From Actinomycetota bacterium (GTDB lineage: Bacteria > Actinomycetota > Acidimicrobiia > IMCC26256 > PALSA-610), in assembly GCA_052390615.1 (NCBI GenBank), contig JBQTGT010000017.1, forward strand, positions 70,536 through 134,535: DNA of 64,000 bases, read 5' to 3'. Positions 24,993 to 33,340 of the stretch are shown here, one piece after another; position 1 is the first letter of the stretch, and each line of letters starts with the position of its first letter. Made by a program: the position numbers and the translations under genes. The notes under the pieces were generated by a model that saw only the letters and a program-made list of their open reading frames with translations, searched no databases and was not told the origin of the DNA.

Positions 24993-27791
24993 CTACGGCA
25001 CGAGGCGCAGCGGGTTCCCGTCGCCCGTGTGCCACTCACTGTGGCGGTTGATGTACGTTGCGTCGATTGCATCGCGGGGCAGTGCCCCGGCGCCGCCCCG
25101 CACCAGACCCTCCATCTGGGCAACCGATTGCGTCGTGACACCGGCCGCGGGCAGTTCGCGCGCTTCGGTTCCCCGCGCCGAGTTGGCGGCCTTGGCCGCG
25201 CCGCGGTATTCGATGCCGGTCACGTACACGCGCGCCTCGTTGGTCTTGACGTTGAGTGCGTTGGCCGGCTTGCGGAACCTCTCGTTCGCATAGTCGCTGT
25301 ACCCGAAGATCGAGTTGACCACGTTGCCGGACGAGCCGTCTTCGTACCGAACGCCCCACATCGTCCAGTCCTCGACGATGTTGTTGCGGAAGTCGACGAA
25401 CGCGCCGTTCGCCAGGGGACCGCGAATCCACTGCTTCATCACCCACGTGTGGTGAATCGAGACGTTGGTCACGCCGTCGTACTTGATGAAGATCGACCGC
25501 GTGTTCCCCGCGAGAAACGAGTACTGCACGGTGACGTCGTGCGCGCCGTACCCGATCGATATCCCGTCGTCATACGCGCCCGTCGAGGAGATGTGGCTGA
25601 ACACGACGTGATGCGCACCGGTCCCCTGGGCGCGCAGATTGTCGCCGCCGTTGCGCACCCGCATGTCGCGCACGATGACATCGTGGCTCCGAACGTCGAG
25701 CACGGCCGCGGCCGAGCGCGAGAGCGACGGACCGGCGATCAGGGTGACGCCGTTCCCTTCGATTGTCAGGTTGTTCGCTTCGACCTTGAGGGTGGAGTTC
25801 ACCACGATCGGACCCATGACGGCGAAGACGACCCGCGACTTCTTTCCCGCCTTGCTGTTGACCTTCGCCTTCGCGAGCGCGGCCTTGACTGCGTCGCTCG
25901 TCGGCGCGGCCACTGTGACAACCTCCCCGCCCGCGCCACCGGCGGTCGCGCCGAAACCCTCGAGCGGCTCGCTCCCCGTTGAGCCGGGTGGCGCAGCCGG
26001 CGGCGCGACCGTGCCGACCACGACCGTCGTCGTCGCTGTCGTCGAGTGCACCCCCGCGCGCATGGTCACCGTCACGGTGTACGTCCCGGCCTTCGCGTAC
26101 GTGTGGGTTGTCAAAGGTCCGTTCGACGGTTCCGCCGCGCCCGGCTTCTTGAACATCGGTTGGTACGCGGGAATCGCGCACTTGTACTTGGAGAGCTTCG
26201 CCTTGGCTTCGTCACGGTTCTCCGACGTCCCGTTCGCGCTCGCCAGTGATCCGAACCCGCCGAGCTCGGCTTGCTTCATGCCGTCGAGGCTGTACAGAAA
26301 CGCCTTCTCGTAGCGCGCGCACCCGTCGAGACCGTGGACCGAAGCGCTGTTGTACAGGTAGAGCGCGCCGAGGTCGTGGCCGAGCTTCATCAGGTAGTAG
26401 CGCGACACCTCGTCAATGCGCGTGAACTTCCCGCTCTTCGCGCTGAACGGCGACGTCGCCGTCACTGCCGTGAGCGCATCGAACTGGTACGCGGCGTCGA
26501 GATACATGACGATCGACGCGCCCTTGTGACCGTCCTCGCGTACGTCGTCGGCACGATCGTACGCATCGCGAGCGGACCTGATCGCGGCGGCCGGATCGGC
26601 GGGCACGGGGGGTAGCGGTGCGCTCGCGGTGCCGTCGCCGAAGTCGAACGCGTACGAGAGCGCGTCGCCGTCGGGATCGGAGGACGCCGACGCATCGACG
26701 GTGACGTTGATCGGCGCGGCCCCGCCCGGCGGCGTGACGGTCACGACCGCGATTGGCGGCCGGTTCCCGGGCGGCACGGTGGTCGGAGGCGGTGGCGCGG
26801 TCGTGGTTGTCGTGGTGGCGGGAGCCGTTGTGGTCGTCGGCGCCACGGTGGTGGTCGTCGTCGAAGTCGGCGGGGAGGTCGTGGGGGAAGTCGTCGGGGA
26901 AGTCGCGGGGGAAGTCGTCGGCGACGAGGGGGCGCGTCGCCACGCGACCGCGATGCCGCCCGGGCCGGAACCGGCGTCCAGCGGTACCAGCCACGACGGT
27001 TCCGCGACAAACGCCGCACCCGCATTGCGGAACGCGCCGACGAGCTGGGCACCGCTGTCGACAACGAGTGCGTCGGCGCGGCCGTCGCCGTCGAGCGGCA
27101 CGAGCGCGACCGCGACGTTGGTGCCAAGGACTGGCAGGTCCCATGCGGGCGTGAGCACGAACGGATTCGGCGCGGCGCCGGTGTTGAGATAGCCGATTGG
27201 GTTCCCGGAGCGACCGACCAACAGGTCGGCGCGGCCGTCGCCGTCCAGATCGCCCGCGCCCGGCCGCGCGAAGCCGCCGAGATCACCGAGGCTCCACGCA
27301 GGTTGGTCGACCCATACTGGTGCCGACACGCTGCCGGTGTTCTGCAGCGCGTCGACGACCCCGGTCGAGTTGCCGACGAGCGCGTCGAGGTCACCGTCGC
27401 CGTCGACGTCGATGAGGGCCGGCGCGGCCTGCGTCCCGAAGTCGATTCCCGGCTCCCACGCCGGTGTTGCGCTCCATGCCGGCGCGGCCGCGCTGCCGGT
27501 GTCGCGGTACGCGCGCACGAGACCCCCGGCTTCTCCGATCAGCGCGTCGAGGTCCCCGTCGTCGTCGAGGTCGCCGAAGGTCGGGAACGCGGACGAGCCG
27601 ATATCGGGGAGGCCGAGTGCAGGCGAGGCCGTCCACGCTCCGCCTGGGCCCGCGCTCGTGAACGCGAGGCTGTTCCCGGAGGACATCCCCACGTAGACGA
27701 CGAGGGAGGATCCCGGTGATGGGCTGGATTCAAGCGCACCACCGGCGAGTGGCAGCGCGACGAGTACCGCCACGAGGGATCCGACTTGCAT
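24993..27791 (-). CDS. Secreted multidomain protein, paralog 2 (same architecture)
   Basis: Signal ..RHRGRRMQVGSLVAVLVALPLAGGA, with a possible GTG start at 27827. FG-GAP motifs, long Pro/Thr linker, ..YAFDFGDG.. and ..THTYAKAGTYTVTVT.., and the same beta-helix motifs as paralog 1. Confidence 0.85.
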   Translation of the reverse strand: MQVGSLVAVLVALPLAGGALESSPSPGSSLVVYVGMSSGNSLAFTSAGPGGAWTASPALGLPDIGSSAFPTFGDLDDDGDLDALIGEAGGLVRAYRDTGSAAAPAWSATPAWEPGIDFGTQAAPALIDVDGDGDLDALVGNSTGVVDALQNTGSVSAPVWVDQPAWSLGDLGGFARPGAGDLDGDGRADLLVGRSGNPIGYLNTGAAPNPFVLTPAWDLPVLGTNVAVALVPLDGDGRADALVVDSGAQLVGAFRNAGAAFVAEPSWLVPLDAGSGPGGIAVAWRRAPSSPTTSPATSPTTSPTTSPPTSTTTTTVAPTTTTAPATTTTTTAPPPPTTVPPGNRPPIAVVTVTPPGGAAPINVTVDASASSDPDGDALSYAFDFGDGTASAPLPPVPADPAAAIRSARDAYDRADDVREDGHKGASIVMYLDAAYQFDALTAVTATSPFSAKSGKFTRIDEVSRYYLMKLGHDLGALYLYNSASVHGLDGCARYEKAFLYSLDGMKQAELGGFGSLASANGTSENRDEAKAKLSKYKCAIPAYQPMFKKPGAAEPSNGPLTTHTYAKAGTYTVTVTMRAGVHSTTATTTVVVGTVAPPAAPPGSTGSEPLEGFGATAGGAGGEVVTVAAPTSDAVKAALAKAKVNSKAGKKSRVVFAVMGPIVVNSTLKVEANNLTIEGNGVTLIAGPSLSRSAAAVLDVRSHDVIVRDMRVRNGGDNLRAQGTGAHHVVFSHISSTGAYDDGISIGYGAHDVTVQYSFLAGNTRSIFIKYDGVTNVSIHHTWVMKQWIRGPLANGAFVDFRNNIVEDWTMWGVRYEDGSSGNVVNSIFGYSDYANERFRKPANALNVKTNEARVYVTGIEYRGAAKAANSARGTEARELPAAGVTTQSVAQMEGLVRGGAGALPRDAIDATYINRHSEWHTGDGNPLRLVP
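26864..26923. repeat. Five tandem 12-nt units (gaagtcgNSggg-like) encoding the TSP[TA] linker of paralog 2
   Basis: Units gaagtcggcggg/gaggtcgtgggg/gaagtcgtcggg/gaagtcgcgggg/gaagtcgtcggc read directly. The minus strand encodes ..TTSPATSPTTSPTTSPPTS... Confidence 0.7.
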
Positions 27792-28122
27792 TCGCCGTCC
27801 GCGATGACGAGCGCGAGCGCCAGGCACAAAGTCCCCCCATCTCGTGCCTCGCAGCTCGGTCCCGCTGTGGTTATCGTCACATCGCGTCGCGATGCTTGAA
27901 TGGCGCGTGGTCTGGATCACCGACATGGGTGTCCCCATCTCGGCTGGGACCTCGCCGAGGCGCTCGTCGTCGAAGACGAGCTCGTCCGCCCGGGACACGG
28001 CTGGCCGTTCGACTGTGCCGGACGCGCGCAGAAACGCGCTCGAGGGCCCGGTTCCGACGGTCCGCATCGACAGCGTCGGTGACGACGCGCGCGTCTGCGC
28101 GCAGAACTCGTGACCGCGGCCG

Positions 28123-29376
28123 TCAGTTCGGCGTGAACACCACCGGTAAGTGCGATACGGTCGTCACGAGCGAGTTCGGCGCGCGCTCGGCCGAGGCATC
28201 GGGTCCCACCCGCAGATCGGGCAGTCGCGTGAACAGCTCCTCCAGGAGGATCCGAATCTCGGTCCGAGCCAGGTTGGCGCCCAGACAGAAATGCGGCCCG
28301 GTGCCGAACGCGAGATGCAGGTTAGGAGCTCGATCGACGCGGAACTCGTGCGGATCGTCGAACACGTCCGCATCACGATTTGCCGACGGATAGACGTTCA
28401 GGAGCACGTCGCCCTCGCGCAGCGCCCGACCGCGGAGTTCGGTCGCGGCCGTGACCGTGCGAGAAAAGCTGATCACCGGCGAGACGTAGCGCAGGATCTC
28501 TTCGGTCGCGCTGTTCACGAGCGAGAGGTCGGCGACAAGCCGCGCGCGTTGGTCCGGAAAGGTCGAAAGCGCTTCGATTCCGCCCGACAGCGCGTTGCGT
28601 GTCGTCTCGTTCCCGGCAACAAGCAGGAGCACGCAGAACGCGAGCACGTGGTCGCCTTCCAGGCCCATGTCGGTGACCGCGCCGGATTGCAGCTGCTCCT
28701 GGAGCCGATCCTCGTTGAATTCGATCTCGCCCGCGTCGGCCGAAGACAGCAACACCGAGATGAGGTCGTCGCGCGGGTGACGGCGGCGTTCCTCGACGAG
28801 CACCATCAGGTATGTGACGTAGTCGGCCCACGCTTCGCCGGCGGCCACGATGCGCGGGTCCTCACCCTCGGCACCTTCGGCGCTCATCATCGTGTCCGAC
28901 CAGCGGCCCAACTGTTCGCGGTCCGCGGGCGGCAAGCCGAGCAGCTCGGCGATGACGATCAGCGGCAGCGGCCGGGCAATGTCGACGACGAAATCACACT
29001 CACCGCGCCCGGCAACCGCGTCGACCAGCGCGCGGGCGACTTCGCGGATGTGGTCGAACATTTCGTTGATTCGCGACGGCGTGAACCCTCGGCTGACGAG
29101 CTTGCGGTGGCGGGCGTGCTCGGGGTCGTCCATCGACACGATCGACAGGTCACCACCGCCGCCACCCTTCGGTCGCACGCCTTGTGCACTCGAGAACAGC
29201 TCCGGATGTCGTTCGACGTGCGCGACGTCGTCGTACTTGGAAACGACCCAGATTCCGTTGCGGTCGTCCCAGTGCACGGGATCGTTGGCCCGCAGCCAAT
29301 CGAACACGTCATGGGCCACGCCCCGCACGTAGAGCGTGGGGTCGAGCGCGTCGGGCTCGAATGCAGACGTCGTCAT
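28123..29376 (-). CDS. Cytochrome P450
   Basis: Trimmed to MTTSAFEPDALDPTLY... AGNETTRN, EEILRY, heme motif FGTGPHFCLGANLAR. Confidence 0.9.
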   Translation of the reverse strand: MTTSAFEPDALDPTLYVRGVAHDVFDWLRANDPVHWDDRNGIWVVSKYDDVAHVERHPELFSSAQGVRPKGGGGGDLSIVSMDDPEHARHRKLVSRGFTPSRINEMFDHIREVARALVDAVAGRGECDFVVDIARPLPLIVIAELLGLPPADREQLGRWSDTMMSAEGAEGEDPRIVAAGEAWADYVTYLMVLVEERRRHPRDDLISVLLSSADAGEIEFNEDRLQEQLQSGAVTDMGLEGDHVLAFCVLLLVAGNETTRNALSGGIEALSTFPDQRARLVADLSLVNSATEEILRYVSPVISFSRTVTAATELRGRALREGDVLLNVYPSANRDADVFDDPHEFRVDRAPNLHLAFGTGPHFCLGANLARTEIRILLEELFTRLPDLRVGPDASAERAPNSLVTTVSHLPVVFTPN

Positions 29377-29954
29377 CCGTGATCCTTGTCGAGTCGAGCG
29401 AAGACCTGGCCCAGCTCGCGCGCACTCGCCGCGAGCGCGCGCCGCCGGCCGTCGGGTTGCGGGAGGTGTTCGAGCATCACGCCGTAGAGCGCGTGGCGCA
29501 GCGCGCGAACGACGGCCCGGTCGTGCAATACCGGCGCGTCCGGCAGCAGCTGGCGAATCCACGTCGCCAACGCGCTCTCGAACGCAGCGCTCGTTTCGAG
29601 CAAGGGTTGGAGGACATCGTCGTCGCCGTGGATTGCCTCGGCGAGCAGTGTGCGCCAGAGGTCGTCGTCCGCGGCCATGCCGATGAACAGGTGGTCGACC
29701 AACGCGCCCAGGCGCTCGGCGACCGTGCCGGGGAGCCCTTCGGGGAAGGGGACCGTGAACAGCTCGCCCGCCAGCCGGTGCGCGATCGCGGCCTGGCAGA
29801 GGTCGCGCTTGGACGAGAAATAGTGGTAGAGCGTGGCGACGTTGCAGCCGCACCGCTGCGCGACAGCCCGCATGCTGGTGCCGCGCGCGCCGTGCTGGGC
29901 CATCAGGCCGAGGGTGGCGTCGAGGATGCGCGCCGGCTGATCCACACCCGGCAC
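29373..29954 (-). CDS. TetR family transcriptional regulator
   Basis: 193 aa. ..ILDATLGLMAQHGARGTSMRAVAQRCGCNVATLYHYFSSKRDL... ATGA overlap with the P450. Confidence 0.85.
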   Translation of the reverse strand: MPGVDQPARILDATLGLMAQHGARGTSMRAVAQRCGCNVATLYHYFSSKRDLCQAAIAHRLAGELFTVPFPEGLPGTVAERLGALVDHLFIGMAADDDLWRTLLAEAIHGDDDVLQPLLETSAAFESALATWIRQLLPDAPVLHDRAVVRALRHALYGVMLEHLPQPDGRRRALAASARELGQVFARLDKDHG

Positions 29955-29961
29955 TCTCTAT

Positions 29962-29975
29962 CAAACGTTCGTTTG
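29962..29975. promoter_or_regulatory. Candidate TetR operator palindrome caaacgttcgtttg
   Basis: 6-bp arms with a 2-nt centre, 8 nt upstream of the TetR GTG start in the divergent TetR/Nudix intergenic region. Confidence 0.35.
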
Positions 29976-30035
29976 GGTCAAGGCCTGGACCAGGCACCTT
30001 GTTTCCGCTCAGAATGAGTATTAGACCGGCGAGCC

Positions 30036-30761
30036 GTGGAGGAATTTCCTTCGATCGCGGTGACGGTCGACGCCGTCGTGTGCACCGTCGCGGGCGGGCG
30101 GCTCGCGGTGCTGCTCGTGCAGCGCGCCAACGACCCGTTCCGCGGCGGCTGGGCGCTGCCCGGCGGCTTCGTCGAGCCCGACGAGGATCTCGACGTCGCG
30201 GCGCGCCGCGAGCTCGCCGAGGAAACGGGCGTGTCGATCGGCGGCGAAATGTCAGCGCCACACGCGGGCGGTCTCGGACACATCGAACAGCTCCGCACTT
30301 ACGGCGCGCAAGGTCGCGATCCACGCGGGCGCACGGTGTCGGTCGCGTACGTGGGATTCACTGCCCGTACCGACGTCGTCGCCGGTTCCGACGCGGCCGA
30401 CTCGCGCTTTTGGGCGGTCGATGACCTCTCGATCCCGTCGATCGGCACGGCGGATGGCGTTCCGCTCGCGTTCGACCATGCGCGGATCGTTGCCGACGGT
30501 GTCGAGCGGGCGCGTTCCAAGCTCGAATACACGACGCTGGCGACCGCATTCCTCGACGAGCCGTTCACACTCGGCGAACTGCGCCGCGTGTACGAAGCGG
30601 TGTGGGGCGATGCGCTGCACGAAGGGAACTTTCGCCGCAAAGTGTTGTCGACGCAGGGCTTCGTCGAGCCCACTGGCGAAACCGCGCCGACTGAGGGCCG
30701 CCCGGCCGCGCTGTACCGCCGTGGCGCGGCGACGCGACTGCACCCGCCGATCCTGCGCTGA
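30036..30761 (+). CDS. NrtR-like protein: Nudix hydrolase domain plus C-terminal winged-helix domain
   Basis: Intact Nudix box GGFVEPDEDLDVAARRELAEETGV. C-terminal ..YTTLATAFLDEPFTLGELRRVYEAVWG..GNFRRKV.. is typical of NrtR wHTH. Confidence 0.75.
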   Translation: MEEFPSIAVTVDAVVCTVAGGRLAVLLVQRANDPFRGGWALPGGFVEPDEDLDVAARRELAEETGVSIGGEMSAPHAGGLGHIEQLRTYGAQGRDPRGRTVSVAYVGFTARTDVVAGSDAADSRFWAVDDLSIPSIGTADGVPLAFDHARIVADGVERARSKLEYTTLATAFLDEPFTLGELRRVYEAVWGDALHEGNFRRKVLSTQGFVEPTGETAPTEGRPAALYRRGAATRLHPPILR

Positions 30762-31633
30762 TGCGTTCCGGGGCCTTTCCGGGTTCGTTCGATCCACCGA
30801 CGATCGCGCACCTCGCGATCGCACACGCAGCGGTGGACGCCGCGCGCCTCGATCGTCTCGACTTCGTCCTGTCGCGTGTCGCCCTCGGCAAGGAGAACCG
30901 GGGCGAGGCCGACAGCCGCGCCGCGACCCTCGAACAGCTCGCGACAACACGGCCGTGGCTCGGCGTACGCATCACCGACGACCAGCTCATCGTCGACATC
31001 GCGCGCGGCTACGACGTCGTCGTGATGGGCGCCGACAAGTGGACAGAAGTGCGGGATCCCGCGTGGTACGGGTCCGCGGCGGCCCGGGACGACGCGCTCG
31101 CTCGGCTGCCACGCGTTCTCGTCGTGCCCCGGTCGGGAATCGCGATCGAGGCGGCGGAGGTGCTCGACCTCGCCGATGACTTGGATCATGTCTCTTCGAC
31201 GGCCGCGCGCGCGGGCGCGCAGGTCCTGGTGGCGCCCGAGCTGCGGTCCCGGTTGCTCGTCGACGTCATGAACGTCATCGGGAGCCGGCCCGACGGCTGG
31301 TGGAAGGACCGGGACGGCGCCGCGCGCCGGTTGATCCGCTCGCTCCAAGCGCGCGCCCGTCGCACAGGCGAACGGATTGCGGCCGTACTCGACGGCCGCG
31401 CCCTGCCGGACCTTCCCGAAGGGGTCCACGACGGCGTGCTCGTGGCGTACGCGACGCGCCGCGGCCGCGATGCGGCCGACGACCGCATCGTTTCGGAGGT
31501 CGAACGCGACCGCGACCCTGCGTCGTTGACGGTTGTGACGTCGGATAGAAGGCTGCGCGAACGGGTGCAGGCGCTGGGCGCACAGGTCGCGCCAGCCAGC
31601 TCCGTCATCGATCGGGGATCGGCATCCCGGTAA
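30761..31633 (+). CDS. Fusion protein: NadD/NMNAT-like nucleotidyltransferase plus YacP/NYN-like domain
   Basis: N-terminal GSFDPPTIAHL (HxGH-type) and VSSTAAR (ISSTxxR-type) motifs. C-terminal ..VMNVIGSRPDGWW..VLDG..DAADDRIV..LTVVTSDRRLRERV..GAQV.. is NYN_YacP-like. TGATG overlap with the Nudix gene. Confidence 0.7.
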   Translation: MRSGAFPGSFDPPTIAHLAIAHAAVDAARLDRLDFVLSRVALGKENRGEADSRAATLEQLATTRPWLGVRITDDQLIVDIARGYDVVVMGADKWTEVRDPAWYGSAAARDDALARLPRVLVVPRSGIAIEAAEVLDLADDLDHVSSTAARAGAQVLVAPELRSRLLVDVMNVIGSRPDGWWKDRDGAARRLIRSLQARARRTGERIAAVLDGRALPDLPEGVHDGVLVAYATRRGRDAADDRIVSEVERDRDPASLTVVTSDRRLRERVQALGAQVAPASSVIDRGSASR

Positions 31634-32162
31634 CGCCGTCGTCGCGCTCGACGCGGAACGCATTCAGCGCCATCGAGACGAGGTGGTACTGACCGACGGT
31701 GAACACGACGTCGAGTAGCTGCTGCGCGTCATAGCGCGCGGCGAGGGCGGCGTACGTGGCGTCGGTGAGCGTCATCTTGTCGTGGAGCTCGTCCGCGGCC
31801 CGCACGAGCATCGCATCGAAGGGATCCCATCCCGGCGTCTCCGGGCCGATCGCGATGCGCTCGATCTCGTCGTCAGTGATTCCTGCGGCACGCGCGATGA
31901 CGATGTGCTGGCCCCACTCGTACGGCGCCCGGCACCGCCAACCGGTGCGCAAGATCAGTATCTCTCGATCGCGCGCCGACAATGTGCTCTTGCCGAGCAC
32001 GTGCGTTCCGAACACAAGCCAGCGCTTCAACAACTTCGGATGGTGCGCGAGCGTGCCGAAGATGTTGAGCACCTTCCCGCCGCCCTCGTCGGGCGCGAGG
32101 ATGGCATGGACCTCGGCGTCCCACTCCTCGGGGGGCAGGGGCTCGAGCCGCGGGTCAGACAC
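31605..32162 (-). CDS. Carboxymuconolactone decarboxylase (AhpD-like) family protein
   Basis: 185 aa. ..FGTLAHHPKLLKRW..REILILRTGWRCRAPYEWGQH... Confidence 0.85.
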   Translation of the reverse strand: MSDPRLEPLPPEEWDAEVHAILAPDEGGGKVLNIFGTLAHHPKLLKRWLVFGTHVLGKSTLSARDREILILRTGWRCRAPYEWGQHIVIARAAGITDDEIERIAIGPETPGWDPFDAMLVRAADELHDKMTLTDATYAALAARYDAQQLLDVVFTVGQYHLVSMALNAFRVERDDGVTGMPIPDR

Positions 32163-33159
32163 GCACCACCAACTTGCCGATGTTCTCGCCGGTAAACAGC
32201 ATGTTGATGGCCCGCGGTGTCTTCAAGAGACCCTCGACGACGTGCACGCGGTTTTGCAGCTTGCCGGCGGCGACCCACTCCCCGAGCTTCTCGATTGCTT
32301 CGGGAAAGCGGGCGAGGTAGTCGAGGATGATGAACCCCTCCATACGAAGCCGCTGCACGACGACACGGTTGAGATTGCGCGGGCCGGGAGGCGGTTCGGT
32401 GTCGTTGTACTGCGCGATCATTCCGCACGCGGCGATGCGTCCCCGCAAGTTCATGAGGCCGAGCGCCGCGTCGAGGATATCGCCGCCGACGTTATCGAAG
32501 TACACGTCGATCCCGTTCGGGCACGCGGCCGAGAGCGCCTTCGAAACATCCTCGGTCTTGTAGTTGATGCACGCGTCGAACCCAAGATCGTCGACAACCC
32601 ACCCACACTTCTCGTCGCGTCCCGCGAGACCGACGACATGGCAGCCGATAATCTTACCGATCTGCCCCGCGATGCTGCCGACCGCGCCCGCCGCGCCCGA
32701 CACGACGAGCGTGTCACCCGCGACCGCGCGACCAACGTCGAGGAGACCGAAGTACGCGGTGATACCGGTCACCCCGAACACGCTCACCGCCTCGAGCGCG
32801 TCGATGCCGGGCGGCGCCGGCTGCACGAGCGCACCCGTCGTTCCACCGATCACCGCGTAGTCCTGCCATCCCGTAAGACCAGTGACAATCATTCCGACCG
32901 GCAGCGTGTCGTTCTCCGACGCGACGATGCGCCCGACGCCGGCACTGCGCACAATCTCACCGATCCCGACCGGCGGGAGATAGCTCGGTTCGTCGCGCAG
33001 CCAACCGCGAATCGTCGGATCGAGCGACAGGTACTCGACCTTCACGACCGCCTCGCCATCGCCCGGTTCGGGAACCGGCTCCTCGGCGATCTCGAAGCAG
33101 TCGTCACCGATCATCCCGATCGGCCGCTTCGCGAGCAGAATCCTTCGGTTCATCGTCAT
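32155..33159 (-). CDS. NADP-dependent oxidoreductase (MDR superfamily, YncB/CurA-like)
   Basis: Trimmed to MTMNRRILLAKRP... ..VSGAAGAVGSIAGQIGKIIGCHVVG.. Rossmann motif. Confidence 0.85.
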   Translation of the reverse strand: MTMNRRILLAKRPIGMIGDDCFEIAEEPVPEPGDGEAVVKVEYLSLDPTIRGWLRDEPSYLPPVGIGEIVRSAGVGRIVASENDTLPVGMIVTGLTGWQDYAVIGGTTGALVQPAPPGIDALEAVSVFGVTGITAYFGLLDVGRAVAGDTLVVSGAAGAVGSIAGQIGKIIGCHVVGLAGRDEKCGWVVDDLGFDACINYKTEDVSKALSAACPNGIDVYFDNVGGDILDAALGLMNLRGRIAACGMIAQYNDTEPPPGPRNLNRVVVQRLRMEGFIILDYLARFPEAIEKLGEWVAAGKLQNRVHVVEGLLKTPRAINMLFTGENIGKLVVRV

Positions 33160-33340
33160 CGTCGATCCCATCCCGTCGCTGCAACGCGAGGACTTCGGCG
33201 GGAGGTTCCACTCCTCCCGCGCTGACGGCGACACTACGCTCCTCCGGTTGTCCGACGCCCGTGACCTGCGCGCCGACACCACGCTCACTCGCGATCTCGC
33301 GGTACCCAACCGGTTCCTCGGCACGATCGACGAGGGCTAG

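Noticed and set aside
22148-25141. N-terminal 76-codon extension of paralog 1 (ORF start 25141)
   Set aside because: It runs across the stop and 3' end of paralog 2 in another frame. The signal-peptide-like sequence begins at the ATG at 24913.
27880-28067. Possible small ferredoxin gene downstream of the P450 at 28123
   Set aside because: I translated the frames of the spacer. No CxxC/CxxH..C iron-sulfur cluster motif or ferredoxin-like sequence was found in any frame.
28123-30324. 733-aa ORF suggesting a P450 with a 300-aa N-terminal extension. Similar Arg-rich extensions appear on ORFs 1955..3511, 3797..5515, 5627..7423, 39255..40550, 19939..21507 and 32155..33324.
   Set aside because: The extensions overlap well-supported upstream genes in another frame and are Arg/Pro-rich. 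Internal starts give canonical N-termini, often with ATGA-type coupling to the upstream stop.
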